This document shows, in pieces, positions 38,464-48,707 of a stretch of 64,000 nt of DNA (position 1 is its first letter; each line of letters starts with the position of its first letter). A program made the translations under genes and the position numbers. The stretch comes from Candidatus Sericytochromatia bacterium (GTDB lineage: Bacteria > Cyanobacteriota > Sericytochromatia > S15B-MN24 > JAQBPE01). The notes beneath the pieces were generated by a model. That model was not told the DNA's origin. It did not search any database and was given only the letters and a program-made list of their open reading frames with translations. Location: positions 97,524 through 161,523 of the forward strand of contig JBBAPZ010000006.1 of assembly GCA_040400605.1 (NCBI GenBank). Direction: 5' to 3'.

Positions 38464-38927
38464 TGCGCCGATCATCGCTCGGGCGAACCGTAGCAAGCGC
38501 GTTGCTGTTCAGCATTTGCTTCTGCAGCCGTGCCCAGGCCGAGGTTGAGACAGCGCCTTTGGCCGTCGTTGTCGACAGGCAGCTACAGGCCGCTCGCCCC
38601 AATGTCACAACCAACACGCTCATCTCCGCTTTGTTCCCGGGGACCGCCCAAGCGTATTTGGGGCACATCGATCATGCCTTGGCTTTGTGGGGCGCCTATC
38701 TGTTGATTTTTGGCGTGAGTCGATCCATCATCCCCGATCAGTGGCTGACAGGAGGCCAAAAAGTCAGTGATATGCTCATCGCCACGTCATTTTTGGGCAT
38801 GGCCGGGTTCAGCGCGGTGGATGCCTTTGTGCTGACCGAAACCCGCAGACGTGAAATCGATGCGGTGCTCAAACAGCTTCGGGCAGGCGAAACGATCCCA
38901 TTGGAAGAACTGCGCCCGATCCAGTAA
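38460..38927 (+). CDS. hypothetical secreted/membrane protein
   Basis: ATGA overlap with the LCP stop, a signal peptide and two further hydrophobic segments. No recognisable domain. Confidence 0.4.
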   Translation: MMRRSSLGRTVASALLFSICFCSRAQAEVETAPLAVVVDRQLQAARPNVTTNTLISALFPGTAQAYLGHIDHALALWGAYLLIFGVSRSIIPDQWLTGGQKVSDMLIATSFLGMAGFSAVDAFVLTETRRREIDAVLKQLRAGETIPLEELRPIQ

Positions 38928-38977
38928 GCGTCAGTGTCACCGGTGCAGGTGGCATGACCTGGCGGGCTTTTCCGCCG

Positions 38978-40276
38978 CTACTGGCTCTGTTTGGCAATCA
39001 GTTCGAATTGGTATGCCGCGCGAATCGCCGCATCCAGCACATAAATCCTGCCAAGCCCGTCCGACGCCAAACCGACAGGCTTTTGAAACAAACCATCGCC
39101 TACCTTGCCGATTAACACACCGACCGCGTCATACACATACACATTCTTGGTACCGGCGTCAGCGACAATGACAAACTGGTTGATCGCATCATAAATCACA
39201 TCCGTCGCATCGCCAAAACGTTCAGTTTTTTCACTGCCTGAGGGCCCCAACGACTGGATCACCTGCCCCCGGGCGTCCAACTGCAGCAACTGCTGTTCCG
39301 AAAGCGCCCACGCACCGCCACCCTTGATGGCCGCCACCGCACGGACATTCGAGAGCTGACCGAAAGGCTGTGGCGCTTCACCATCGACATTCAGGCGAGT
39401 CACGCCACCAGAATGCGCCACATACAAAGCACCGCTCCCGATATCCACGGTGAGATCACTGGCTTGTTGGACATCGAGGTCTACCACGCGATCTTTTGTC
39501 CCGTTTGTTTTGAAACGCCACAGTTTTTGTGCACCATCAAGCACCCAGATGCGCTGTTGTACATCCGAGGCGATCGCCCGAACTGTGTCACCCATCTGAT
39601 TAACGCCCAACCACTTGGTGTAGTCACCGTATTTACCCAGAAAACGGCCATTTTGAAGGGCGTACTGCTTCACCATCCCAGTCCGGACCAACGCCGAAGA
39701 GTTGGCGTCCAGCACGGACAGGCGCTCAGCATCAACCATCAGCGCCCGCGGGTTCACAAGCCCCCCCGAGCCGCCCGGCCAACCCTCGGCAAACACCTGG
39801 CGCCGCTGATACAGAGCCCGCCGAATCCCACTCTCCCCAAGACCGGGCGCCATCATCAAATCCGGCACTTCCGCAGTCTGGGCCTGCTCCACCAAAACGC
39901 CATTCGTGCTGATCTGCTTCAAATTGGTCGCGGCGGCCTTGAAGGTATAATTCCCCGCAGGTATCTGGGCCACCTGAAACAACCCGCCGCCATCCGTCAA
40001 CACCTTGACACCCAATGGCTCAACCAACACGGTCACACCAGGCACCGGACGCTGCGACGCAGCATCAACAACACGCCCGCGCAAAGACCCCCACCCGCTT
40101 AACAGCGCAGAAGGCGGCTCCCGTCGCGTATCCTGCGGCACAGGTGCCGAACCGCCTGAACTGGCACCACGCGCCGGCGATACCGCGAGCGTGGCAGAAG
40201 CCCCACTCACACGGCCGCACCCACTCAGGGCAACCACCCCAACAATCATCATCCACAAGACACCACGTGCCAGCAT
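38978..40276 (-). CDS. lipoprotein with carboxypeptidase-regulatory-like domain and NHL/beta-propeller repeats
   Basis: Lipobox VVALSGCG. GRVVDAASQRPVPGVTVLV...NYTFKAAATN is CarbopepD_reg-like. The C-terminal half has repeated G..YV.D....V.V pattern typical of NHL repeats. Confidence 0.55.
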   Translation of the reverse strand: MLARGVLWMMIVGVVALSGCGRVSGASATLAVSPARGASSGGSAPVPQDTRREPPSALLSGWGSLRGRVVDAASQRPVPGVTVLVEPLGVKVLTDGGGLFQVAQIPAGNYTFKAAATNLKQISTNGVLVEQAQTAEVPDLMMAPGLGESGIRRALYQRRQVFAEGWPGGSGGLVNPRALMVDAERLSVLDANSSALVRTGMVKQYALQNGRFLGKYGDYTKWLGVNQMGDTVRAIASDVQQRIWVLDGAQKLWRFKTNGTKDRVVDLDVQQASDLTVDIGSGALYVAHSGGVTRLNVDGEAPQPFGQLSNVRAVAAIKGGGAWALSEQQLLQLDARGQVIQSLGPSGSEKTERFGDATDVIYDAINQFVIVADAGTKNVYVYDAVGVLIGKVGDGLFQKPVGLASDGLGRIYVLDAAIRAAYQFELIAKQSQ

Positions 40277-40634
40277 GATCCCCCTCACACCGTCACCCCC
40301 CAGTGTGCCAATCCTTGGTTGGGCGTCAAACAGACCCCAACGCATCTATCCGATAACTCATCACCAAGCTTGCCTCCATCTATTTAAGGTCCGATTAAAA
40401 CCTGTAAAAATTCTGACACACAGCACCGGGTAAAGACGGCGCAGCGAGCGCAAAACACAGATCGCAAGCGACGTTATCCCAGTTGTGTCTGTGTTGTTTG
40501 CCCTGTGAGATATGGGGCCTGGTTCCATTCATTCGGGCGTGGCGCCAGACGCGGGTCAAGATACCCAAGCGTCCGCGCAAAGTCGCTGTTTGTTGCCGTT
40601 GGAGCAGGGTGGAAACGATCACCACCGGTGCGGT

Positions 40635-41084
40635 TCATACCATCAGATCAACGAGCATGCCACGAATTTCATTGAGCCGGGCCAGAATGTCGAGCGATTT
40701 GGCTTGTCCGCCCAACAACAGTTCGGTCAATTCCGCCAGTTTGCGATCGACTTCCTGCACCAGGACAAACGCACGATTGCGGCGATCGCTGCGCTTCTCA
40801 ACGCGTGTCATATGAGCCACCGCCTCTTTGACGAAGTTGCCCACCAAACGGCGATAACGTTCGATTTCAGCCCGAATGGGATGACGGGCGAGGCGTTTGG
40901 ACTGCTCCTCGATATCGGCAAGAATCGCAATCATATGACCTTGGGCCAGCTTCAGTTGCGATTCTTGCATATGTTGGGCAAACTTCACGGCACTGGAAGC
41001 CACGATAACCGGTTCCTGACCAGGTGGTTTGGTTGGCCCCAATGTGGGGGTCTGTTGGTGATCGACGGGCTTCAGCATGGTCAT
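40635..41084 (-). CDS. DUF327 (YaaR-like) family protein; start uncertain
   Basis: C-terminal region VEKRSDRRNRAFVLVQEVDRKLAELTELLLGGQAKSLDILARLNEIRGMLVDL resembles YaaR/DUF327. Start trimmed to ATG 41084 so it does not overlap uvrC. Confidence 0.4.
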   Translation of the reverse strand: MTMLKPVDHQQTPTLGPTKPPGQEPVIVASSAVKFAQHMQESQLKLAQGHMIAILADIEEQSKRLARHPIRAEIERYRRLVGNFVKEAVAHMTRVEKRSDRRNRAFVLVQEVDRKLAELTELLLGGQAKSLDILARLNEIRGMLVDLMV

Positions 41085-41270
41085 ATTATCGTCGATCCGG
41101 TTAGAATTCTGAAGGGCTCGAATGAAGCGGGCACCATTTTTTACAGGAGGCACGCTGGTGTTCTTGAACAAAAAGGCACTTTGGTGGCTTGGTATCGGTT
41201 TATTGCTTGGCGCTTGTCGCAGCGGCCTCGGCAATCTGTTCGATCTCAACTGAGCACGTTCGAACGACTG

Positions 41271-43172
41271 ATGCAAAACATCGACAATGGCCTTGATGGA
41301 CGTCCCTCAGAGCGAAACATCGCAGCGGGCACACAGCCCGAAGCACTTTCAGGCAAGCTGGCAGGGCTACCGGACGGGCCAGGCGTATATTTATTCAAGG
41401 ATGACCGCAATCAGATCCTTTACGTGGGTAAAGCGGTCGTATTGCGCAACCGGGTGCGTTCTTATTTTCAGGAATCCCGCTACCATTCTCCCAAAATCAG
41501 GGCGCTGGTTGCCCGCATTGTGGACCTCGAGTGGATCACAACCCGCACGGAGGTTGAAGCATTAATCCTGGAGAGCAACCTCATCAAGCACCATCGGCCG
41601 CATTTCAACGCCTTGTTGAAAGACGGCAAGCATTACCCTTACTTGAAATTGACGGTGCAAGAACCATTTCCGCGTTTGATGGTTGCGCGGCAAAGGATCC
41701 AAGATGGCGCGCGCTATTTTGGTCCGTTTCCGGACGGCACGCGCTTGCGTCATACCCTTGCGCTGATTGAGCGTTTGTTTCCGCTGCGGCGCCGTCGAAC
41801 GCCACAGTTTCGCGATCGCCCCTGTTTGAACCATCATTTGGGGAAGTGTCTCGGCCCGTGTCAAGGTCTTGTTGCGCCCGAACGTTATCGGGAGCTGGTG
41901 CTAGGTGTCACGGGTTTTCTGGAAGGTCGTTTCGACCCGTTGATGACCCGGATGCAAGCGGAAATGGTTGAAGCCGCGGAGGCACTCGATTTTGAGCGAG
42001 CCGCCCGCTTGCGGGACCAGGTTCGGGCGCTTGATGTGTATCGCCAAAAGCAACAGGTTGTTGGAGAACCCGATGCTGACATGGATGTGATCGGCGCGGC
42101 CCAAGACGGCTACAAAGCGGTCATTCAGGTATTCAATGTGCGCGCGGGGAAGTTGATTAACCGCATCAGCTACCAGATGCCGACGGCGGGTGATACGTTG
42201 GCGGACCTTCTGGACGGATTTCTCGTCCAATTTTACGCGCAACGGGATGACCTGCCCCAAACGGTATTGATTCCTTACGCGGTGGATGGCCAGGATGCAT
42301 TGATGGCCTATTTGACACAGCGACGTGGCAAAAAAGTCACCTGTGTGATTCCGCAACGCGGCGATCGGTACGATTTGCTGCAACTGGCCAATCAAAATGC
42401 GCAAGAGACGTTGACGCGGGTGCAACAAAGCGACGCCTTGAGCGATCAAGGCATCGCAAGTGAGGGTCCCCAGTTGCTGGCCCAGGCGTTGGGTCTGGTT
42501 GAGACGCCTCGACGCATTGAAGCCTTTGATATTTCCCATCTCGGCGGCACGGATATTGTGGCGTCGATGGTCGTCTTCGTTGACGGCAAGCCAGACAAGG
42601 CGGCATACCGGCGTTTCGGACTCAAGACGGTACAAAGCAACGATGATTTTGCATCGATGCGAGAGGTCATCACGAGGCGTTTCAAACGATCCGTGTCAGG
42701 CGACTGGCCTTGGCCTGACCTGGTGTTGATTGATGGCGGGAAAGGACAACTCAATGCGGCATTGAACGGTTTGCGAGACGCTGACGCAAAACCGGTGCCC
42801 ATGTTCGGTCTGGCCAAGCGCGAAGAAGAAATTTTCTTGCCACGTGAAGAAAGCGATTCGGCATCCTGGACACCGCTACGGTTGCGCACGGACTCTGCGG
42901 CCTTGTATTTTATCCAGCGAATCCGGGATGAAGCACACCGGTTCGCGTTGCGTTTTCAGCGAGAGAAACGTAACAAACGTATGGTGCGTTCTGAGTTGGA
43001 TGGGATTGAGGGATTGGGCCCGGTTCGCATCAAGCGTTTGCTCGACCAGTTTGGGTCAGTGGCCCGGATGCGTGCGGTGCCGTATGATGAGTTACGCAAG
43101 AGGGCCAATCTCCCTGAAACGACCTTTGAGCGCCTGTACGCGTTTTTGCAGGCATTCGGCGATGAGACGTAG
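41271..43172 (+). CDS. uvrC: excinuclease ABC subunit C
   Basis: GIY-YIG N-terminus LPDGPGVYLFKDDRNQILYVGKA, UvrBC-interaction region, RNase H-like domain and C-terminal HhH. The track ORF's first 250 codons are antisense to the DUF327 gene and are excluded. Confidence 0.9.
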   Translation: MQNIDNGLDGRPSERNIAAGTQPEALSGKLAGLPDGPGVYLFKDDRNQILYVGKAVVLRNRVRSYFQESRYHSPKIRALVARIVDLEWITTRTEVEALILESNLIKHHRPHFNALLKDGKHYPYLKLTVQEPFPRLMVARQRIQDGARYFGPFPDGTRLRHTLALIERLFPLRRRRTPQFRDRPCLNHHLGKCLGPCQGLVAPERYRELVLGVTGFLEGRFDPLMTRMQAEMVEAAEALDFERAARLRDQVRALDVYRQKQQVVGEPDADMDVIGAAQDGYKAVIQVFNVRAGKLINRISYQMPTAGDTLADLLDGFLVQFYAQRDDLPQTVLIPYAVDGQDALMAYLTQRRGKKVTCVIPQRGDRYDLLQLANQNAQETLTRVQQSDALSDQGIASEGPQLLAQALGLVETPRRIEAFDISHLGGTDIVASMVVFVDGKPDKAAYRRFGLKTVQSNDDFASMREVITRRFKRSVSGDWPWPDLVLIDGGKGQLNAALNGLRDADAKPVPMFGLAKREEEIFLPREESDSASWTPLRLRTDSAALYFIQRIRDEAHRFALRFQREKRNKRMVRSELDGIEGLGPVRIKRLLDQFGSVARMRAVPYDELRKRANLPETTFERLYAFLQAFGDET

Positions 43173-43173
43173 C

Positions 43174-44388
43174 ATGAACCGGTGGTTTCCATTTTCAAGG
43201 CGTGGGCTTGGCGTCGCGTGTGCGGCGCTGGTTTTGATGTGCCTTTTTCAGGAACCCGTAGCTGCTGTCAATGCGCGCAGCTTGCGTGTTCGTCAACGTG
43301 CGTTGCAGAACCAGCAATGGCAGCTGAATCAGCGGCTCAGCCAACAACGCGCGCGGGCTGCTGCGCTGAAGGCCAAAGAGGCGCACGCAGTGCGCGAATT
43401 GGGCGCGTTGCAGCAAAAACTGGAACAGACTGCCACCGAACTGCAGGATTCCCAATACCGGTTAAAAAAAGCAGAGCAAAACCTGACATTGACCCAGCAA
43501 AAATTACGGATGGCCCGGCGGAGTTTCAAAGGCCAACAAATCACGGCCGGCGGGCGACTGCGCTCGATTTACAAGCACAAGTCGCTTGATCAGTGGGAAG
43601 CGTTGCTCACATCGCCTGACATGGGTACGTTTTTGACGCGTTATCATTTTTTTCGGCGCATCAGTGCGAGTGATGCCGCGCTTTTGGAACAGTTGAACCG
43701 TCGCCGTGTGGTCATCCACTCGCAGCAACGACAATTCGCGCAACAACGTCAGACGATCGCCCGCGTCACGGAACAAATTGGCACGCAAAAAGTGCAGTTG
43801 ACGGACTTGTCAGGTGAACAGCAATCGTTGGTGGCACGGATTAAAACCGAGCGGCAGGCCGCGGAACAAGCGGTTGCGCAGTTGGAAGCGGACAGCAATC
43901 AGATTGAGGCGATGATTCGACGTTTGATGGCGCAGCGACGCTTGATCGAGCAACGCGAACGTGCGCGAAATCCCCGTTATGTGCGTCCTTCGATGGGCAC
44001 AGGACGTTTCATGTGGCCTGTGGCAGGCATCATCACGTCGCCGTTTGGCTTTCGGATGCACCCGATACTGAATCGCGTGGTCGGTCATCATGGCATCGAC
44101 TTCGGTGCCGGTACGGGTACCCCCATCTATGCGGCGGATGATGGTGAGGTGTTGTACGGGGGTTGGTACGGGGGTTATGGCAAAGTGGTCATCATCGATC
44201 ACGGCAACGATGTCACCACGCTCTACGGCCACACCAGCAGTTTCATCGTGGAGACCGGCAAGCGAGTCCGCAAGGGTCAACTCATCGCCTATGTGGGGTC
44301 AACCGGTATGAGCACCGGGCCGCACCTGCATTTTGAAGTACGGAAAAACGGTACACCGATCAATCCGATGGGATTTTTGGGACGCTAA
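43174..44388 (+). CDS. M23 peptidase with N-terminal coiled coil (EnvC-like murein hydrolase activator)
   Basis: Signal/TM MNRWFPFSRRGLGVACAALVLMCLF, a long Q/R/A-rich coiled coil, and C-terminal LytM motifs HHGIDFGAGTGTPIYAADDG...GSTGMSTGPHLHFEV. Alternative ATG 43162 would overlap the uvrC stop. Confidence 0.8.
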   Translation: MNRWFPFSRRGLGVACAALVLMCLFQEPVAAVNARSLRVRQRALQNQQWQLNQRLSQQRARAAALKAKEAHAVRELGALQQKLEQTATELQDSQYRLKKAEQNLTLTQQKLRMARRSFKGQQITAGGRLRSIYKHKSLDQWEALLTSPDMGTFLTRYHFFRRISASDAALLEQLNRRRVVIHSQQRQFAQQRQTIARVTEQIGTQKVQLTDLSGEQQSLVARIKTERQAAEQAVAQLEADSNQIEAMIRRLMAQRRLIEQRERARNPRYVRPSMGTGRFMWPVAGIITSPFGFRMHPILNRVVGHHGIDFGAGTGTPIYAADDGEVLYGGWYGGYGKVVIIDHGNDVTTLYGHTSSFIVETGKRVRKGQLIAYVGSTGMSTGPHLHFEVRKNGTPINPMGFLGR

Positions 44389-44640
44389 GCGTTCGCTAGA
44401 CACGTCTCAACAACCCAAACGGTACCCAAACATGCTTGGTATGTAAGCCTTAACCAATGCTTGCACCACGTTTCAAGCGAACGACAAGGCTATCGCGGAA
44501 GACTGTTGCTCGCGCAGTGCGGAAAGGCCCGGTCATTTTGGTGGTTTTAACGAGCCGGCGAGGGTTTCGAAATTGGTGCGAAGCGGTATACTGTGGCGTA
44601 GGAATCGTGGCCTGAAGCGCGATCCGTGGGAGAATGGACA

Positions 44641-45840
44641 ATGCGTAAAAAAATAAGCAACGCGCTGGTCGTGGGTTTGTTGATGATCGGTTCCTATGGG
44701 TTGGGCGTGTGCACCGTTCCACTCAAGGTCGCGGCGGAAACCACGAGTTTTTCGACCTTTTTGCAGGTGTATGACTTGCTCAAGTCCGAGTATGTCAATG
44801 CACAGGTCAAAGACAACGAGCTTGTTTATGGGGCAATCAAGGGCATGCTTGGAAGCCTCGATGACCCTTACACGCGATTTATGGACCCCAAGGCGTTTCA
44901 GGCGATGCAAGAAGAGCGCAGTGGCAGTTTTGGGGGCATCGGCATCCAGATTGGGATGAAAGACAACAAGTTGACGGTGATTGCGCCTTTGGAGGGGACG
45001 CCTGCTTTTCGTGCGGGACTGAAAGCAGGCGATCACATTTTGGAGATTGATGGCAAAGCCACGCGGGACATGGCGGAAGCCGAAGCAGTCTCATTGATAC
45101 GTGGGGTCAAAGGTACCGCGGTCAAGCTGAAAGTGCGTGGGCCAAAGGCGGCACAAGCCCGTTTGGTTCCTATCATTCGGGACACCATTACGACATCGTC
45201 GGTGCGGACGCAGGAACTGGAGAACAATATCGGGTATATCCGTCTGAACAGTTTTATGAGCAACGATGCCGCGACAGAGATGAAGTCGGCGCTGATGCGT
45301 TTCAAGAACAAATCAGGGCTTATCGTCGACTTGCGCGGAAATCCCGGGGGGCTGTTGCCCAACGCGATTGACATTGGGTCGATGTTTGTCAAGTCGGGAC
45401 CGATTGTCCAGACAATTAACCGTGATGGTGTAAAACAAAGCTACAACGCGACGGGACAGCCGATTGTCGATGACAGGTTGCCGGTTGTCCTGCTGATTGA
45501 TGGGGGAAGTGCCTCCGCGTCAGAAATCGTGGCGGGTGCCTTGCAAGACAACCGGCGAGCGACGTTGATCGGTACCAAAACCTTTGGCAAGGGTTTGGTG
45601 CAGACTGTGCATTCCTTGTCGGATGGCTCCGGTGTGGCCATCACGACCCAGAAATATTTGACGTCAGCAGGCCATGACATTCACAAGCGGGGTATCACGC
45701 CCGATATCAAGGTTGAGTTGCCGGAAATCAAGCACGACCAGGAAGGGCGTCCGGACGCGGCCTCATTGCGAGCATTCAAGGATACGCAACTAGAGCAGGC
45801 GAAAGCGTTTATTCGTTCCAGAATCGTGAAACGTGGCTGA
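44641..45840 (+). CDS. ctpA: carboxyl-terminal processing protease (S41A)
   Basis: PDZ region plus catalytic GGSASASEIVAGALQD...TFGKGLVQ. GGGAG RBS upstream of ATG 44641. Confidence 0.85.
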   Translation: MRKKISNALVVGLLMIGSYGLGVCTVPLKVAAETTSFSTFLQVYDLLKSEYVNAQVKDNELVYGAIKGMLGSLDDPYTRFMDPKAFQAMQEERSGSFGGIGIQIGMKDNKLTVIAPLEGTPAFRAGLKAGDHILEIDGKATRDMAEAEAVSLIRGVKGTAVKLKVRGPKAAQARLVPIIRDTITTSSVRTQELENNIGYIRLNSFMSNDAATEMKSALMRFKNKSGLIVDLRGNPGGLLPNAIDIGSMFVKSGPIVQTINRDGVKQSYNATGQPIVDDRLPVVLLIDGGSASASEIVAGALQDNRRATLIGTKTFGKGLVQTVHSLSDGSGVAITTQKYLTSAGHDIHKRGITPDIKVELPEIKHDQEGRPDAASLRAFKDTQLEQAKAFIRSRIVKRG

Positions 45841-45851
45841 GTGCCTCCACA

Positions 45852-46772
45852 GTGGGTTTGGGAACCACGGGAGGTGAACTGTTGGCGAGACGACGGCAAA
45901 ACCCAATCATGATCGGTTGCACCCTGGTGTGTCTGGGTGTGTTTCCTGAAGCTGGGGCGAATGCACAAACAGTCGATCAAGCGGTCGTCATGGCTGCGTC
46001 GACTGGGGTGCGCGGCGCCATTGCGCCATCGTCGTCGTGGATGCCTGTCGGTCACAGTACGCTGTTACAGGCCGGTGATTCGCTGAAAACATCCGAAAAC
46101 AGTAGGGCTTTTTTGGTGTTTGGCAGCGGTGCCAAGCTGGTTTTGGGGCCGTCCTCCATCCTTCGCTTGCAGGATCTGGGGCAACTTGGCGCACGGATCC
46201 TGAGTGGCGCCGTGCGTTTGAGTGCACCGCCGGAGTCACTCACCCGTTTGATTGCGGGACCGTTGCAGATCGACCTGACCGATGCTGAGGCGATTGTTGA
46301 GCGTCATAACCAGACCTGGCGCGTGACGTTGTTGGCGGGTCAAGCGACAGTCATCAATACGAGCATCCCGGATGCTGCAAAAGCAACCGTTCTGGCGGGG
46401 ACTGTGAACACCTGGGATGCGAGGCGTCTGACGACAACCCGTCTGATGGGTGTGCAGTTTGAGGATTTTCAAACATTTTGGACGCTGCCGCAGGAGCCTG
46501 AGGCACCAGGTGCGATCGCCCGACACACGCCCCCGTGGCTCGCAGCCGGTTTGTCGGCAGTCTTGCCCGGTACCGGACAACTGTATGCCGGTGCCTTATG
46601 GCCGGGGTTGGCGCATCTTGGGCTGAACGGCGCATTGTTGGGGCTTGGTGTTTACGCGCAGTCGATGGGCCAGTCGAATGTGGTGCTCGGCTGTGGCGTG
46701 GGAATGCTCGCATTGAATGTTTACAGCGCATGGGATGCATTTGGCGTGGCCTCTGTGCCCCTCGCTCCGTGA
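45852..46772 (+). CDS. hypothetical membrane-anchored protein (possible FecR-like domain, C-terminal TM helices)
   Basis: N-terminal signal-like segment, a middle beta-rich region and two C-terminal TM helices (WLAAGLSAVLPG...GLNGALLGLGVYAQ). Weak call. Confidence 0.4.
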   Translation: MGLGTTGGELLARRRQNPIMIGCTLVCLGVFPEAGANAQTVDQAVVMAASTGVRGAIAPSSSWMPVGHSTLLQAGDSLKTSENSRAFLVFGSGAKLVLGPSSILRLQDLGQLGARILSGAVRLSAPPESLTRLIAGPLQIDLTDAEAIVERHNQTWRVTLLAGQATVINTSIPDAAKATVLAGTVNTWDARRLTTTRLMGVQFEDFQTFWTLPQEPEAPGAIARHTPPWLAAGLSAVLPGTGQLYAGALWPGLAHLGLNGALLGLGVYAQSMGQSNVVLGCGVGMLALNVYSAWDAFGVASVPLAP

Positions 46773-46813
46773 CGGGCACAAATGTTGGGGATCCAGAAGG
46801 GATAGAGCCGATC

Positions 46814-47512
46814 GTGTGGCGCTTGAAGTTTGCGGTGAGTTTGTTGGCATTGTTGTTCGGGATACTGTTATCGATTCAGTATCGCTCGCAAGTTGAAGTT
46901 CGAACCCGAATGCCCAATCGACGCCTCGAGGATCTCGCTGTTCTGTTAAGGAGCACCGAGCGTGCCAATACAGGGCTAACCGAGCAGATCAATGCCTTGC
47001 AATCCAGGGTCAATCGCTCGCCAACTCGTGCCGATGAACAGGTTGAAGCACGTTGGGGGGCTCACCATGCGGTGAGTGGTGAAGGCGTCGTGGTACTCAT
47101 TTTGGAACAGGCCAAGGTAGCCGACCTCGAAGCGTTGTCCTCGGCCGTGGTTCATGCGGAAGATCTGCTTAAGATTATCAACGAATTGCGGACTGGGGGG
47201 GCCGAAGCCATCACTTTAAACGGCATACGCATGACTGAACTGACTGAGGTGGTCAATGCGGGTGCCCATATTTTGTTGGGCGGCGCAGCGATCAGCAGTC
47301 CCTATCGTCTGGAAGCCATTGGTCCGTTTGACGACATGAAACGATGTCTGACCTTGAGGGGTGGTGTCACCGAGTATTTGCAATTTTACGGAATCACGGT
47401 CACGTTGACGCGCGCCAAACAGCTCTCATTGCCTGCTGCGCGGGAACCCAAGCGTCTGCAATACGCGAAGCCGTCCCGCGATGCGGCGTTTGGGGTTCGA
47501 CCGATGGTTTGA
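46814..47512 (+). CDS. DUF881 family protein (YlxW/YlxX-like, cell-division-associated)
   Basis: N-terminal TM (KFAVSLLALLFGILLSI), coiled coil, then conserved C-terminus GVVVLILEQ...LLKIINELRTGGAEAITLNGIRM...YRLEAIGPFDDM. GTG start assumed. Confidence 0.6.
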   Translation: MWRLKFAVSLLALLFGILLSIQYRSQVEVRTRMPNRRLEDLAVLLRSTERANTGLTEQINALQSRVNRSPTRADEQVEARWGAHHAVSGEGVVVLILEQAKVADLEALSSAVVHAEDLLKIINELRTGGAEAITLNGIRMTELTEVVNAGAHILLGGAAISSPYRLEAIGPFDDMKRCLTLRGGVTEYLQFYGITVTLTRAKQLSLPAAREPKRLQYAKPSRDAAFGVRPMV

Positions 47513-47544
47513 CCATCTTGCGATCGCCCCCTACAATGTGCACT

Positions 47545-48054
47545 ATGCGCATATTGGGAGTTGACCCTGGAACAGCCACCGTCGGTTTTGGCTGCCTAGA
47601 CGTGTTGAACGCGCGTCAATTGGTGGTGGGTCAATATGGCGTCATCAAGACGGCGCCCAATCAACCACTGGCCTCGCGACTGCGCGAGCTGTACGATGAC
47701 CTGCAGCATCTGGTTGCGAACTTGCAACCGAACGTGATGGCCGTTGAAGAGCTTTTTTTCTTTCGTAACGTCAACACGGCGATGCCGGTTGCTCAAGCGC
47801 GTGGCGTGATCATTTTATGCGCGGCCCAAGCGGGCATACCCGTGGCCGGTTATACTCCCATGCAGGTCAAGTTGGCGGTGTCTGGTCATGGTCGCGCGAC
47901 CAAGCAGGAGGTTCAATGGGCGGTACAAAGCGTGCTGGGTCTGGACAAGTTGCCCCGACCGGATGACGCGGCTGACGCGTTGGCGATTGCCTTGGCACAC
48001 TGGCAACACCAGGCGCAGTCCGATTGCGAGCCGGGAGGGCGCGAGGGGGCATGA
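47545..48054 (+). CDS. ruvC: crossover junction endodeoxyribonuclease RuvC
   Basis: MRILGVDPGTATVGFG start motif and the conserved acidic residues are present. 169 aa. Confidence 0.9.
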   Translation: MRILGVDPGTATVGFGCLDVLNARQLVVGQYGVIKTAPNQPLASRLRELYDDLQHLVANLQPNVMAVEELFFFRNVNTAMPVAQARGVIILCAAQAGIPVAGYTPMQVKLAVSGHGRATKQEVQWAVQSVLGLDKLPRPDDAADALAIALAHWQHQAQSDCEPGGREGA

Positions 48055-48689
48055 TCAGTCGACTCAGTGGTCACCTTGGCGACGTTGAACGAGACGCCAT
48101 CGTTTTGGATGTCAACGGCATCGGGTTTCAAATTTTCGTGCCGCAACGCTTTTTGGCGAACCTGCCAGCCATCGGCGGCCGGGTCGCGTTGTTTACGCAT
48201 TTGATTCACCGCGAAGATGCCATGTTGCTGTTTGGATTTGCGCACAGGGAGGAACGTGAATTGTTCCTGTTGCTTAACGGGGTCAGTGGCATTGGCGCCA
48301 AAACGGCAATGGGCATTTTATCCGTGCTGGATGTTGGCCAAATTGTGGGCGCAGTTTTGGCCCAAAGTCCCCGCACCTTGGCAGTGGCTCCGGGTGTCGG
48401 CAAAAAAACAGCCGAGCGTATCGTGTTGGAGTTACGTGACAAGTTGGCCAAATGGTCGCCTCACGACGCGCAGGTGGATTCGGCTGATGGGTCGTGTGTG
48501 ATGAATGTCTCGGATGACGACCCTTATGCGGAAGTTGAGTTGGCGCTTGGCGCATTGGGGTATGGATTGCAAGAAATCGCTCAGGCCAAGGCGCGCCTGT
48601 CACCCGGTCTTAACGTTGAGACCGCGATTCGTCAATGTTTGATGAGCCTGTCGCAGAACGATTCGCGTTCGTCAGCGCGATTTTCATGA
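48051..48689 (+). CDS. ruvA: Holliday junction helicase subunit RuvA
   Basis: MISRLSGHL...VLDVNGIGFQIFVP OB-fold and HhH motifs GVSGIGAKTA and PGVGKKTAERI. ATGA overlap with ruvC. No ruvB is adjacent. Confidence 0.9.
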   Translation: MISRLSGHLGDVERDAIVLDVNGIGFQIFVPQRFLANLPAIGGRVALFTHLIHREDAMLLFGFAHREERELFLLLNGVSGIGAKTAMGILSVLDVGQIVGAVLAQSPRTLAVAPGVGKKTAERIVLELRDKLAKWSPHDAQVDSADGSCVMNVSDDDPYAEVELALGALGYGLQEIAQAKARLSPGLNVETAIRQCLMSLSQNDSRSSARFS

Positions 48690-48707
48690 AAATGCCTGGG
48701 GTGAGCG

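Noticed and set aside
40512-41270. N-terminal 250 codons of the 886-aa track ORF 40512..43172
   Set aside because: This part is antisense to the DUF327-like gene and has no UvrC similarity. The UvrC GIY-YIG motif begins right after ATG 41271, so the long ORF is a read-through artefact of an open antisense frame.
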